Shown: positions 47,594 through 60,580 of the stretch, one piece after another
How the letters are laid out: every line of letters starts with the position of its first letter
How positions within the stretch are numbered: the first letter of the stretch is position 1
From: Mobula hypostoma
Lineage: Eukaryota
Assembly: GCF_963921235.1 (NCBI RefSeq)
Contig: NC_086097.1
Span: forward strand, 81,780,001-81,844,000
Direction: 5' to 3'
DNA length: 64,000 nucleotides
The notes under the pieces: generated by a model
Told to the model about the DNA's origin: nothing
Seen by the model: the letters and a program-made list of their open reading frames with translations, nothing else
The model's database searches: none
Translations under genes and position numbers: made by a program

Positions 47594-48312
47594 TTACTAT
47601 CTCTCCAGTGTCATTTTCCAGCTGTGCAATATCCACTCTTGTCTCTCTTCTACTCTTTATATATCTGAAAAAAACCTTTTTGTGTCCTCTTTAATATTAC
47701 TGGCTAGCTTAGCTTCATATTTCAGTTTTTCTACGTGCCTTCCGTTGACTTTTAAAAGCTGGCAAATCTTCTGCTTTCCCACTTATTTTTGTTACATCAT
47801 ATGCTCTCAGTTTTTCTTTTATGCTGTCTTTGACTTCCCTTGTTTCTTCCTCTCTTTAGAATACTTCTTCATCTTTGGGATGTATCTATTCTCTGCCTTC
47901 CTAATTTCCCCCTAGAAACTCCAGCATTTGCTGTCCTGCTATCATCCCTGCTAGTGTCTCCATTCAATCAACTTTGGCCAGCTCCTCTATCAGGCCTCTA
48001 ATTCCCTTTACTCTGCTGTAATGCTGATACATCTGATTTAACTTCTCCTTCTCAAACTGCAGGGTGAATTCTACCATATTATGATTACTTCCTCCTGAGG
48101 GTTCCTTTACCTAAAGCTCCGTAATCAATACTGGGTCATACATAACACCCAGTCCAGAATTGCTCTTTCCCCAGTGGACACAACCAGAAGCTGCACTTAA
48201 AAAAAAAACATCTTGTAGACATTCTACAAACTCCTTCTCTTGGGATCCAGCACCAACCTGATTTTTCCAATCTACCTGCATATTGAAATCTCCCATGATC
48301 ATTGTAACATTG

Positions 48313-48576
48313 CCGGCTGGTGGCACAGCGGCATCAGTGCCAGACTTCAGAGCAAAGGCTCTAGAGTTCGAATCCAAGTCGGGCCATTCCCCACCCCCGA
48401 GCACGCTTTCCATCAGTGCCGGGTTGAGCGTCAAGCCAGCCACGCAGCCTCGTAAAAAACAAAGGGTTGAGTTGGGAACTTTCATATCATGACCTGGTTA
48501 ATCTGAATGGAGACCAATCCTGACACCACGAGCCAGACAAGAATGGTTAACTGTCTGGTGTGACACGCTAGGAAGG
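48313..48576 (+). mobile_element. tRNA-derived SINE, full length
   Basis: A-box-like TGGCACAGCGG and B-box AGTTCGAATCC. 12-bp TSD ATTG(T/C)AACATTG at 48301-48312 and 48577-48588. Confidence 0.85.
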
Positions 48577-51550
48577 ATTGCAACATTGTCGTTTTTACAT
48601 GACTTTTCTATCTTTTATTGTAATGTGTAGCCCACATCCTGGCTACTGTTTGGGAGCCTGTATATAACTCCCACCAGGGTCTTTTTACCCCTGTAGTCTC
48701 TTACTCTATGCACAAGGATTCTCCAGCTTCCAATCCTATGTCACCTCTTTCTAAGGATTTGATTTCATTTTTTACCAACAGAGCTACATCACTGCCTCTG
48801 CCCACCTGCCTGACCTTTCAATACATTGTGTATTCTTGGATTTATGCTCCCAACTATGACCTTCTTTGAGTCACATCTCAGCGATGCCCACAGCATACCT
48901 GCCAATCTCTAAGTGCGCTACAATATCATCTATTTTATTCTGATACTGTGTGCATTCAGATATAACACCGTCAGTCCTGTATTCATCACCCTTTTCGATT
49001 TTGGCTGCCAGTTGCACTTTATCTCATCTCACTGACTGCAATTTTGCCTTATCATCTGTATGTCCTTCCTCACTGTCTCACTGCTCACTGCATCTAGTTA
49101 TATACCAAACACCCCATCCTCAGCCCTATCATCCCTGCCAAATTAGTTTAAACCCTCCCCAACAGCTCTAGCATGAACTGAGTATGAATGCCTTTCTTTG
49201 ATTGTTTCCACTGTATTTTTTTCTGCATTGTAGTTATTTATCTGAAAGATACATTCAAGGACTAACTATTGATGGAGCCAGTACCCCATCTCCTATGGTT
49301 CTCATACCTCCTCTCAAACAGGACACATGTCATATATACAGTGTGTATATATATATTTGCACTTCCTAATGGAAGTTAGGAAAGGCACTGCATTTGCAAA
49401 TTGGAAATACATAACTTTTGATTTCAATCTAAAGAAACAGCTTCAGTATTATGTCCAAAGTTCATTTAATGATTTGTAAACACACAGAATATGAACAAAG
49501 TGGGAACCTCTGTTTACTCTTAGAAAACTTAGTCTAGGTTTTAGTATTTCCTATTCAACAAAAAGTGCAAGTTTATGAACCTAATCCCATCTCATAGAGT
49601 TTCTGTTTACTCAAACCTGATTGAAACTACATGCAGACAGAAAAGTGAATGAATGATCAGGCTTACAAAGAAAGTTGTTAGCAAGTCATTCCTGGACCAT
49701 TTATGTGCAAAGCAATGTAGCTTATTGTCAGCAAACAGTGAGAACTACAAAGAACTAATAAATCCTGTTCTTTCATTCAAGAGTCTAAAACAAGTTCTCT
49801 TTTAATATTTGGACATGTCAATATTTGTTATTTTTCCATTACAAACCAAGGCAAACAAAGGTTAATGAAGATGTCGCTGCACTGGGTTGAATGTGGGGAT
49901 GGCAGGGCACAGAAATAGTTAATCACCACACACACCAATTAGCATACTTGTATCAGCATAAAATAATGAGTGAAAGCAAATAAAACTGAACCAGGTTAAA
50001 TGGCACCTGCAGTTCCTCATAACAACCTGAAAACACAAGTCATTGTTGTCGATATTTCTAAAGTTACTATTGCAAATCATTTTTGATTGTTCTTTTTTAA
50101 TGTATTACCAAATCAATAATATACACTGGAGCTCTCACTGTTGTTTGATGCACTTACGCAGCAAATACAAAGCAGCAATTTACAATTGCATTACATGTTT
50201 TAACACAGTAAAATAATCCCAAGGCAATTCACAGAAAACAATATTTGACACAGATAAAGAAATAAATATCAGGGTGGTGACTCAAAGCTATCACTAGCCT
50301 TTTATTTGCTCAGACATGATGAATACTATCTTGGCTGGTGTCCCATCTTAAACCTTCTGTAAACTGGAAATGATCCAAACTCTACTATCATGCACCAAAC
50401 TCCATTCACCCTTCACTCCTGGACTTGTGGAATAATAATAAGTCTTAATCCATCAAAATGTCAATTTTAAATTTATCGTTTTCCTGCTGATATATCACCG
50501 GAATTTGTAATGTGAGACAGTGGATCTCATTATGACAGAGAAGGCTGAGGTGCATGGGGAAATGTCCTCAGTATTCCGAATTAAGTATATCCATATGGAT
50601 AGTGAGTGAGGATTAAGAGCACTTTGATTACAATTTCCCTTGAAGAGGCAATGTAATGTTTACAATAATGGTGTGAATGACTGAAGCAACCAATTCTCAA
50701 TGGAGCTGGTGCAGAGTTTTCACAATCTTCATTGTGACTGATGTACACAACCATAAATGGCACTGCAATAACAGTTGCATTTAAAGCCTCTCTACTCCAA
50801 ACCTTTTTACCTGCAAATGGTTCCAGATCACTTTTTTCCAGCCATCAATGTTTGCATTGCACCCGTGGCTGACAGGAAATTTAGTCATGCACACCCATCT
50901 GATTTTTGAAACAGAAGGCTTGGGGTCCAGGCAAAATGTACAATTCTTCCTTGTCCAGAGCCTTGTTGCTTGCACCAATTCATTTTACTTTCAAATGAAT
51001 TCACTACTTTTGAAAATAACTAGATACAAACGTCATACTGAGCAATTGCTCTGATAATTATTTAGTCCTGTGCTCCTTTTTCTGGAAGCTGCAAAGTTTT
51101 GCTGAACCAGAGATGGGGACATGGTTGGATACCAGCAGGCCTCCAAAGTCATTAAATACATTGAGCAGAAGCAGAGTCCTGACCACGTGTGAATTCAAGG
51201 CCAAGTTAAAATGCCCTTTTAAAAGTGGACAAGTTTGAATACCTGAACAAGTCCCTGTAGCTGTTTCTGATCCCTCTCATTTTCCATCACAAACTAGTAT
51301 GCCATCTAACTTTATTCTGCAAAGGACAACATCCTGGGATGGCATCCTGTTGGCTCCATCAGTGAAAGACAGACCGTGATGACATAGATGTGAAAGGGTG
51401 GCAAAACGAGCCAGTGGAGGGAGCAGTTTGATGGCATCTCACTGAATAAAGCAGTCAGCATTCCCCACTTGCATTAACAAACATGTCCAACGTCCTTCCT
51501 AGTCCTTCCACCCAATAAATTCAACACACCTGATACTGCAGAATTATAAT

Positions 51551-52687
51551 CAAGTCAAGTCAAGTCAAATTTATTTATAAAGCAAAGTGCTGTACAAACC
51601 ATAACAGGTAGCTAAAATCACAAATACAAGAAACACAGATATAAACAACAAGGCACACAGCTTATAGGCACAAAATAAACAACACATGAGCCTAGGCACA
51701 TGCCAAAAATCGGCCACATCAGGAAGATTCAAACGCTAGTGAATAAAGGTAAGTTTTGAGCCTGGACTTAAAAGAGTCAATGGAGGGGGCAGATCTGTTA
51801 GGGAGGGGAATGCTGTTCCACAGTCTAGGGGCTACAACAGCAAAGGTGCGGTCGCCCCTGAACTTAAATTTAGATCTGAGACAGCCAGGAGCCCCAAGTC
51901 AGCCGACCTGAGGGACCTGGAAGTAGAATAAGGGGTTAGAAGGTCTGTGATATAGGAGGGGGCCAGCCCATTTAGGGCTTTATAAACAAACAGGAGAACC
52001 TTAAAATCAATTCTGAACCGTACTGGTAGCCAGTGGAGAGAGGCCAGGATAGGAGTAATATGGTCCCTCTTCCAGACACCTGTCAGGAGCCTGGCCGCGG
52101 CATTCTGGACCAGTCGCAGGTGGGACAGGGATGACTGACTAATCCCAGTGTACAGGGAGTTGGAGTAGTCCAAGCAGGAGGATATAAGGGCATGGATGAC
52201 TTTCTCGAGATCTTTAAAAGAGAGAAACGATTTGATTTTGGCAATAGTATGAAGCTGGAAAAAAATGCCTTTTACTACTGCATTAACTGCTTGTCAAACT
52301 TAAAGGTGGAATCAAATATCACACCAAGTTTTCTGACATGGGGTTTGACAATGGTAGACAGGTTACCAAGACTGTTGGTAATCACTTTGTTGGAGTCAGG
52401 GGGGCCAAATAGGACAACTTCAGACTTGCCTTCATTCGGCTGTAGGAAGTTTTGTGTCATCCAACACTTCATGTCCTCAAAGCAGTTCTTGAGGCTGACT
52501 GGATTTGACTGGTCGTTTGGTTTCAAGGGGAGATGAAGCTGTGCGTTATCAGCATAACAATGGAAGGAAAAGTCATGTTTTTGAATGATTTGGCCGAGGG
52601 GAAGCATGTATATCGAGAAAAGAATGGGACCTAGGATGGAACCTTGTGGGACCCCGCAGGAGAAACTAGCTGGAGAAGAGGAAAATT
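51551..52687 (-). mobile_element. L2 LINE 3' portion (RT C-terminus, (ACTTG)n tail)
   Basis: [30 protein letters not shown] and DYSNSL..LVQNAAARLLT..DHITPILASLHWLPV.FRIDFK..LAPSYI (ORFs 52275-52607, 51832-52173). Confidence 0.95.
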
Positions 52688-54388
52688 AAGACCATAAGAC
52701 ACAGACACAGAATCAGCCTTTCAGCCCATCAAATCTGCTCTGCTATTTCATGATGGCTGCTCCACTTCCCTCTCAACCCCATTCTCCCGCCTTCTGCCCG
52801 TAACCTTTCATACGTTGACTAATCAAGACCTGTCAACCTATGCCCTGAGTACACCCAATAGCCTGGCCTCGACAGCTGCCTGTGGCAACAAATTTCACAG
52901 ACTCACCACCTTCTGGCTAAAGAAATCCTTCCTTATCTCTGCTCTAAATGATATCAGTGAATTCTGAGGCTGTGCCCTCTAGTTCAAGTCTCTCCCACCA
53001 TGGGAAACATTCTATCCACATCCACTCTATCTCCGACTTTCAACATTCCATAGGTTTCAATGAGATCCCCAACATTCTTCTAAATTCCAGTGAGTAAAGG
53101 CAAAAAACCATCAATCACTCCTCATATGATAAGCCTTTCATTCCCAGAATCACTCTCATGAACCTCCTTTGAACCCTCTCCAATGTTAGTACATCATTTC
53201 TTAAATAAGGGGCCCAAAACTCCTCACAACACTCCAAGTGAGGACTCATCAAGGCCTTATAAACCCTCAGCGTTACATCCTTGTGTTTGTATTCTAGTTC
53301 TCTTGAAACTAACGGTAATATTGCATTTGCCTTCCTCACCACCAACTCAACCTGCAAATTAACCTTTAGGGAATCCTGGACAAGTTCCTTTGCACCTCGA
53401 ATCTTTGAGTTTTCTTCCCGTTTAGAAAATAGACAATGCGTTTATTCTTGCTATCACTATATGCATGACCATATATTGTATTCCATTTGCCACTTCTTTG
53501 CCCCTTCTCCTAATCTGTCTAGGTCCTTCTGCAGCCTCCCTGTTTCCTCAACACTACCTCCCCCTTCACATATCTTCATATCATCTGCAAACTTGGCCAC
53601 AAAGCCATCAATTCTGTAATCCAACTCATTGACATATAACGTAAAAGAAATCGGTCCCACACCAACCCCTGTGGAACACCACTAGTCACCAGCAGCCAAT
53701 CACAAAAGGCTCCCACTCTGCTTTCAGCCAATCAGCCACTGTGCTATCCATGCTATTACCTTTCCTGTAATACCATGGTTCTTATCTTGTTTAAGCAACC
53801 TCATGCGTGGCAAAGGACTTCTGAAAATTCAAGTACATAACATCCACAAATTTTTCTTTGTTTATCCTGCTTGTTATTTCCTCAAAGAATTCTAATGGAT
53901 TTGTCAGGCAAGATTTTCCCTTAAGGAAACCATGTAGACGTTGGTCTGTTTATCATGGTCCTCCAAGTACCCCGAAACAACATCTTCAACAATCGAAGTC
54001 AAGCTAACTGGCCTATAACTTCCTTTCTTCTGCTTCCCTCCATTCTTGAAGAGTGGAATGACATATGTAATTTATCAGTCCTCTGGAACTATTGCAGAAC
54101 CTAATCCTTGAAGGATCACTACTAATGCCTCCAATATCTTCAGCTACGTCTTTTAGAACCCAGGGGTGTAGTCCATCTGGTCCAGGTGGCATACCTACCT
54201 TCAGACCTTTTAAGATTCCCAAGTTTCCCTTCTCCCTACTAACAGCATTGCACTCACTGCTGCCCCCTGATACTCGAACCTCTGGAATACTGATAGTGTC
54301 TTCCACAATGAAAAATTATGCAAAATACTTATTCATTTCATCTGCCACTTCCTTGTCCCCCACTACTACCTCTCCAGCATCATTTTAG
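52688..54388 (-). mobile_element. CR1 LINE RT and 3' UTR, decayed
   Basis: ORFs 54013-54306 (PGPDGLHP.VLK), 53457-53660 (KFADDMK) and 53115-53357 (PHLE.C..FWAPYL). Confidence 0.92.
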
Positions 54389-56082
54389 TTATCAGTAACT
54401 GAAGGAGGCATGGCACAAGAGTATACTTTACTGACTTACATCCCAAACACTACATGGAATACAGATCTGAGGTGATGGTACTTTACTTCTGTGGTCTTCC
54501 CCCCAGTTATAAGCTACTCCTTCACTTGCCTGAGGAGTGGGACGGAAAGCCCAGTGGGTTAGATACAGGCTTGTGATCAGTGAATTCTAGAAACCTGGGC
54601 AAGGGCACCTTTGTTCTGCAAGGAGGACGCCATTTAAAGCCATTCTGGATGACACTCATCGAGCTCAGGGAGAGAAGTGTGAAAGTACTCAGAGTGGCAA
54701 AGGTGTGAAAAGGTCGTCAAATCAGCCAGAAAAAACACAGACCCAGCCAACATCCCTCTGAAACTGGAACAAGGAGTTATTGAAGAGCATGGAAAAGTAC
54801 TGCATTCACAAAGTGCTTCCACTTTCAGGAATCACTGTGATTTACATATTGTGAGAGATATGTTCTGATCCCAGTTACACTTTGTATGTACAGTCTCAGT
54901 CTGACTACAGCAGAATAGAAGGCAATGATCAAAGCTCACATGGACCCAGTAAAATCTTCCATGGAATATGTTACTGACCTGTGCAATGACAGGCGGTGCG
55001 TCTGTCGTATGTTGGTTAGCTGTAGCTGCTTTTAGTTGCCAGACATCCTGATAAATAAGAGAGGGACTGGATGTCAATAAGTGTGATCCAATCTGTTTAG
55101 TGAATGGCTGTCACGGTCAAAGAAATGGCAAACTGTGGGGTTTAGGTGGAAAGTCTGCGGCAGTGTCAAATATGTGGTGAGGGAGCACTGGAGCATTGAA
55201 ATGTTTGCTTAGTTTGCTGTTGACACAGTGCTCTGTGCTCCCACATTACAAGCACTAAGCATGGGTTAAATGTGACAGCCTTGGGGTCCACTGGTTAGGC
55301 CTCTGTATGACTGGTTCACAAATGAGTAAGGAAAAGACAGCAATTGAAAACGATCAGTCTGCTGTGAAAGGAGAAGGTTAGAAGAAAGGCTTTTAACCAG
55401 AGGGCTGGTTGGACTTTCGAAAACTGTGCCATTGAGAGTGGTAAAGGCAAAACTGATCGCTCCTTTATGGGGAAAGAGGATAAATATTTCATGCAAGTGA
55501 AGCTTTTGAACTGTGGGAACTAAGTGATCATTCATATTAGTCTTGGATTGCTCAAGCAAAGCAATGCTACATACATAATCGCCTGAATGTTCCTCTTCTG
55601 TGCTGTAAGTTCTATTACAGCCGGTAATCAGCATTCAGGCAAGGACCCAATTCTAATCTTGCCCCTTGATATTAAAAAGGTAATTTTCTTTGTCATACAC
55701 ACTGGAAGAAGAATGCATTCAGAAAAGTGGATTTTCAAATGTTGTGCAAAGTGCAATAAATATTCTTAATGAGCCAAGTTAGAACACACAAACAATACAA
55801 ACCAAAATAAACCAATTTCGGTCCTATACAACATCCTTCACATTAATAAAACAACACAGGGCACTGAGTACAATTACTTATAGAATGCAGCGAGTTAAGT
55901 ACTGAAGCAAAGCCTAACTAAACATTTTACTAGGGTAAATATTAAAAAGTTGACAGCAACAAAACTTCACTACCTTAGAATTTCAAACTGATGTGCTTTT
56001 GGAGTAAAAAGTCATGCTTCAAAAAATTAATTGTTCAATATCTCTAGGCAACTAAATTGAAATAAACATAAAATGAAACAGT

Positions 56083-56731
56083 TGAAACACTCCGGTTTCC
56101 TCAGCTGTGTAAGTCCAGGGAAGACAGCCTCCAGCCCCGCCAAACTCGTGACTTTGAGGTGTGCTCGATCCCACCCCAAACCCTGGTTTGTGTGGATGCT
56201 GTGCCATCTGTTACCCTGTTACAAATTAATGCCGCGAAATAGCAGACAGTACATTGCATACGGTTAAAGGAATTGTATTTATGAAGGGTTAGTAAAGAAT
56301 AACAAAAAGAAAAGGGCCCGTTCTAATTAAACAGTCAAACGTGCACAAGTTGGAGCTCACCTTGAACTTCTCTGTCACTCACGCGCTGGAACCTTGGTCA
56401 ACGTGAAAGCTCATACCACATTCTGAACATCACTCGCAATCCATCTCAGACAAACAGGTCTCCCACCAGATCGTATGCTACGACCGGTTCTCCCCAGCAT
56501 CTTCTCTCTTCATCTCCTCTCGAACAAAAGCTCCAAGCCCAACTTTAGTGTCCCTCACCAGAGAAACCTCCCCTTAACTCGACCATCCTAATTGGATGAC
56601 ACACATTTCTCCTCTCTCTTATCTTCAACAGTAACCCAAACAAGCATGAAAACAGAACAGACCGTTCTCACAGAACTGCCAAAATGAAAAACATACAGCA
56701 TAACAGTAAAAATATGAACCAGGGCGTTACA
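56083..56731. mobile_element. Solo LTR (family A), 649 bp
   Basis: TGAAAC...TTACA termini, perfect TSD CAGT (56079-56082, 56732-56735). Confidence 0.88.
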
Positions 56732-56989
56732 CAGTGTTTTAATGGTACAGACAGAGACCTGTACTCATGCTTACATTACCTAGTGGCTCTCCGTGAGAAA
56801 GGATCCAACACTCTGGACTGTGAATCACCCCACAATTTCTTCACTCTGATTTCCATGAAAACAACATCCAAATCTCCCTGAGATTTTCATGTTTTTGCTG
56901 AATTTACACATTAATTATTTCCTCAACATACCACAGAATGTTATTGTTAACGTTGGTCATTTGTAACAATGTTCCCCTCTCAATGACAT

Positions 56990-57285
56990 AGTAAAAACAC
57001 AGAGGAGACTGGGCCTGCAGTCCATCGCTCAAAGGCATCAATATCACTCTGTTCTCTCCACATTCCCATTAATCCCTGCCAGCTCATGACGCTCGTTTGT
57101 ACTTAAGGGGAAGTTTGCAACGGCCTAGCAATCTTCACACTTTGAAATGTGAGAGGATACACGTGTAGCCGCAGAGAAAACGTGCAGACTCTGCACGGAC
57201 AGCAGCAGCTGCTGCAGTCACAATTGAACCCAGGTACTGGTACTGTGAGGCAGCAGATCTCCTGGTTCTGCCACTGTGCTGCCCC
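56990..57285 (-). mobile_element. Degenerate V-SINE
   Basis: Minus strand GGGCAGCACAGTGG..GCTGCCTCACAG..CCTGGGTTCAATT..CTGTCCGTGCAGAGTCTGCACGTT head. Confidence 0.65.
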
Positions 57286-57419
57286 AGTGATGCCTAATTT
57301 CCAGTACAACCCTACCATAAACCGGAGCAGAAGCAAGTCATCTTTAATATGCTAAATGGCGATTCGCCCTCCATTTGAAAATTATGAGTGTGTATAAGAG
57401 TATGAGTATGGGGTTACAT

Positions 57420-57700
57420 TAATTCAAAGTTCACAGTACGCTTATTATCTAAGTATGTATACTTCATACAACCTTGAGATTTGTCTCCTTATAGGCCGCT
57501 ACAAAACAAAGATATCCAGTAGAACCTATTGAAACAAATGGAGACCATCAAACACTCAACATGCAGAGAAAACAAACCGCGCAAACAATAAAAGTAATCA
57601 AATAGCATTTAGAACTGAAGTTCACAAAAGTGAGTCCCCACGGTGGTAGTTGCAGGCCACAGCCACAGTTCAGTGCAGAGGTGAGTAAACCTTGTCGAGC
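57420..57700 (-). mobile_element. Rex/Babar-tailed non-autonomous fragment
   Basis: TTCAAAGTTCA..TTATTATC tail as at 13278 and ~4500. Confidence 0.65.
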
Positions 57701-58061
57701 GGCGATTGAACCAGCCCCATCAGGTTGTGAACTGTCTTTTTGGAGATCCCTATAACTTCAAATTCAACATTTTAATTTTTGAATCTTTTTTATTCAATCC
57801 TCTTTTTGTTTCATTGCAACCTTTCAAATCCTTCCTTATTTTGCTTCCCACTTTGACACTGATTTCGCTTTTTAGCTACTCTTTCTGCAATGCCATCGGA
57901 TAAAATGATACAATTATTGTCCTGTTCTTCGCCAAAGCCCCAACATCTCTGCTGCCTTTGCTATACCAACAACAGCTCACAGTTCCACTAACTTTTATGC
58001 GGAAAGAAAGTTGTAAACTCATAAATTAGGCAAGTCTAAAGAAACTGCTATGACATGGATC

Positions 58062-58201
58062 AGAGTATAGTCGACTGCTGAAGGGTCTTGGCCCAAAACA
58101 CCGACTGTACTTTTTTCCTAGGTGCTGCCTGGCCTGCTGAGTTCCTCCAGCATTTTGTGTGTGTTGCTCGGATTTCCAGCATCTGCATATTTTCTCTTAT
58201 T
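58062..58201 (+). mobile_element. PLE 3'-terminal mini-insertion with 13-nt 5' inversion
   Basis: Perfect 13-bp TSD TATGACATGGATC (58049-58061, 58202-58214). CTGCTGA-variant hammerhead remnant plus tail. Confidence 0.92.
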
Positions 58202-59114
58202 TATGACATGGATCTATCCTGTTACTGCAAAATCTGGCCCTATTTTTTTCGTTATCATTATTTCTGTTAGCTCTGTTGCTGAATGACTATTTGAAATTTT
58301 GGAAACTGGATTTAACATACACACAGAAAGGGGTACACAATGCTCCAGCTCCCCACAGGCCAAAACTACGGGAAGTGGAAAGTATGTTTTTTTCTGACAT
58401 GACCACATCCACCACAGGACCTCTCCATTCTTCAGTTCACTAGAAAATCAAAGTGTTCAGATCAACCCAATGCAGAAACTAAATCTAATTTTTGTGCAGA
58501 TATCAAAGCACGGATTTGTCTATTGTTTATCCTTTGTACAAATTCTAAGTATGTTATCAATGACACCATCTCATAAAAAGAAGCAGAAGAGCACTTCTGT
58601 CTGAGCTAAGTATTCTACTACAATACCAATCAAACATCGCAGCTGATCTGACTGAAGCCTCGAAAGACAGTTACTCGTGACAAAGGGCCCATTGACTGCA
58701 GAAAATATTTTTGTGCACGGGAGAATCAGAACCACGTAAGGTACCAAGTACCTGATCATTTCAATGAGAAAGGTGGAATGAGATCATTTGTTCATGCCAC
58801 TAACTGATGATTTACTGCGGTGTTATGTTGTATTTTAATTAAAGCAAATGGGAGCCCAGTCAGCAGTTTGGAATGGAAATCAGAGTTCACATTGCGATTC
58901 TGGTCGATGATAAATATCACAAAAGGAAAACTCATCTCTGAGTGAGTTACAGAAGTATGCTAACATGTATCACTATATATGTATAGGGAATTAAAAAGTG
59001 AAGTGCATTAAAAAAATTATTATTACAAAAAAAAAACAACAATTAATATTTGAAACTCTAGCACCCCAGCTCAGTATCCAGTGAGCAATTTCTTGTGTGA
59101 ACAAGTCAGCTAAT

Positions 59115-59255
59115 AGAACATAAAACATAAAACAGCACAGCACGGTGAAGGACCTTCAGCTCACAATGTTGTGCTGACCTTTTACCCTACTTTAAGATCA
59201 ATCTAACCCTTCCTTCCTACACAGCCCTCAATTTTTCTATTATTCATGTGCCTGT
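59115..59255 (-). mobile_element. CR1 3' tail fragment
   Basis: ATAGAACATAAAACATAAAACAG.ACAGCAC..GACCTTCAGC.CACAATGTTGTGC is the reverse complement of the tail at 32290-32352. Confidence 0.75.
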
Positions 59256-60580
59256 TAGAACTCCGTCCAGCAGGAAAATTGCTATAAACAGTGCAATTGT
59301 ACAGCATAAGGAGACCCTGTCTGCCAAGCAAAGGTTGAAAGAAGCAAACTCAGTGGAAACTGCAATGATGTACTATGAGCCACGGAGAGCGAATAAAATC
59401 CCACATTGATCAGAGAGCTTAATGATGGAAGAAGCAAGTTCTACTGCAATGCTTCATATTCCAATAAATCCAGGAAGTCATATATATTCCCAACAGATCA
59501 TATTATACCCCATATGTTCACTTCAGTGGAGCCACACATTTTCAGTAGATAACAAAGCAAGTGTAACAAAATACAGCTGCCAAGATTCGCTGATCAGCAT
59601 TATTTTAACATCAGCAATAAAGTAAATGGCTAACCACCAGCATTAAAATAACAACAACGAGCAAATCTTATGTGTTAATAAAACTTCCTGCAATAAACCA
59701 TTTTCCATTATGAGGCCCTTGGAAAAAAAGTATGTAATTTCTCCCCATCATGGATAAGATTGAAATTTTACTGTAATTTTGCTCATTCAAATATAATTTA
59801 AAATTAAAATCATCTCTCGTCAGCTAAAGGAAATAAAGTGTATGCAATGATTTGTGTGTGGTGTGATGTTCATGCAGAGAATGAAGCATAGTTAGTCAAG
59901 ATTATTAGTGGAAATGTTTAAATAATTGAGAGAGCCAGAAACTGGATCAGGGAACTGCAGTGCTGATCAAATACTCTAAAGGTTCAAGAGAAAAGAAAGA
60001 AAGAAATGCTTTCCTCGTAGAAAAACAGATGCAATAAGGGATAAACAACAAGTAGGTTGAAAGTAGCAAAGGGCATTTGAAGCACTTCTTAGAAGAGGGA
60101 AAGAGGAGTTACACAGGTGGAAGCTGTCGGACAAGGGCAAGAGCAGAAAAGTAGGTTGGTAGCAAGATTATGGGTATTTTTAGTAGCAAAGGTAAATGAA
60201 ATAAAATGGTTCATCTTGTGAGTTAAACACTGCAAGGAGGTAGAATTTATGGGTTCCTTGTGTAGAAAGGAATCCAGTAGTTAAAACAGCAATCAATAAG
60301 TAAAAGGAAGAGTAATGTGATCCCCTTGATAATGTCAGATATATCATTTGGATATTGAATGATAGAATAATTCACTTTATTTACAGTCATCAATGAACAA
60401 GTAAATAAGTGATCAGAATTTTAAAATGTTGTAGCTAGTAAACTAAATCTGCTTAAATATGATTGTAACTAAGGCTGTTTGTGAAATGAGCTGTGCTGGT
60501 GTAGGGTGTTGCAGTAAGTGTCCATTTTACCTGCTCGTTGAAAGCCGCTGGGTATTGGCTTGTTTAAGGAGCACTGTAGC

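Larger units (their letters stand above)
46054..49185 (-). mobile_element. CR1 LINE ORF2 (APE and RT), decayed, with nested PLE and SINE
   Basis: ORFs 48111-48485 (IMGDFN), 46595-46924 (KSPGPYGLHP.VLK) and 46101-46655 (NLLEFFE, FDLQKAFDK, RFVDNMK). Confidence 0.92.

Noticed and set aside
50530..51540. Ancient LINE-like minus-strand sequence (also ~54600-55250)
   Set aside because: Too decayed to support boundaries or family.
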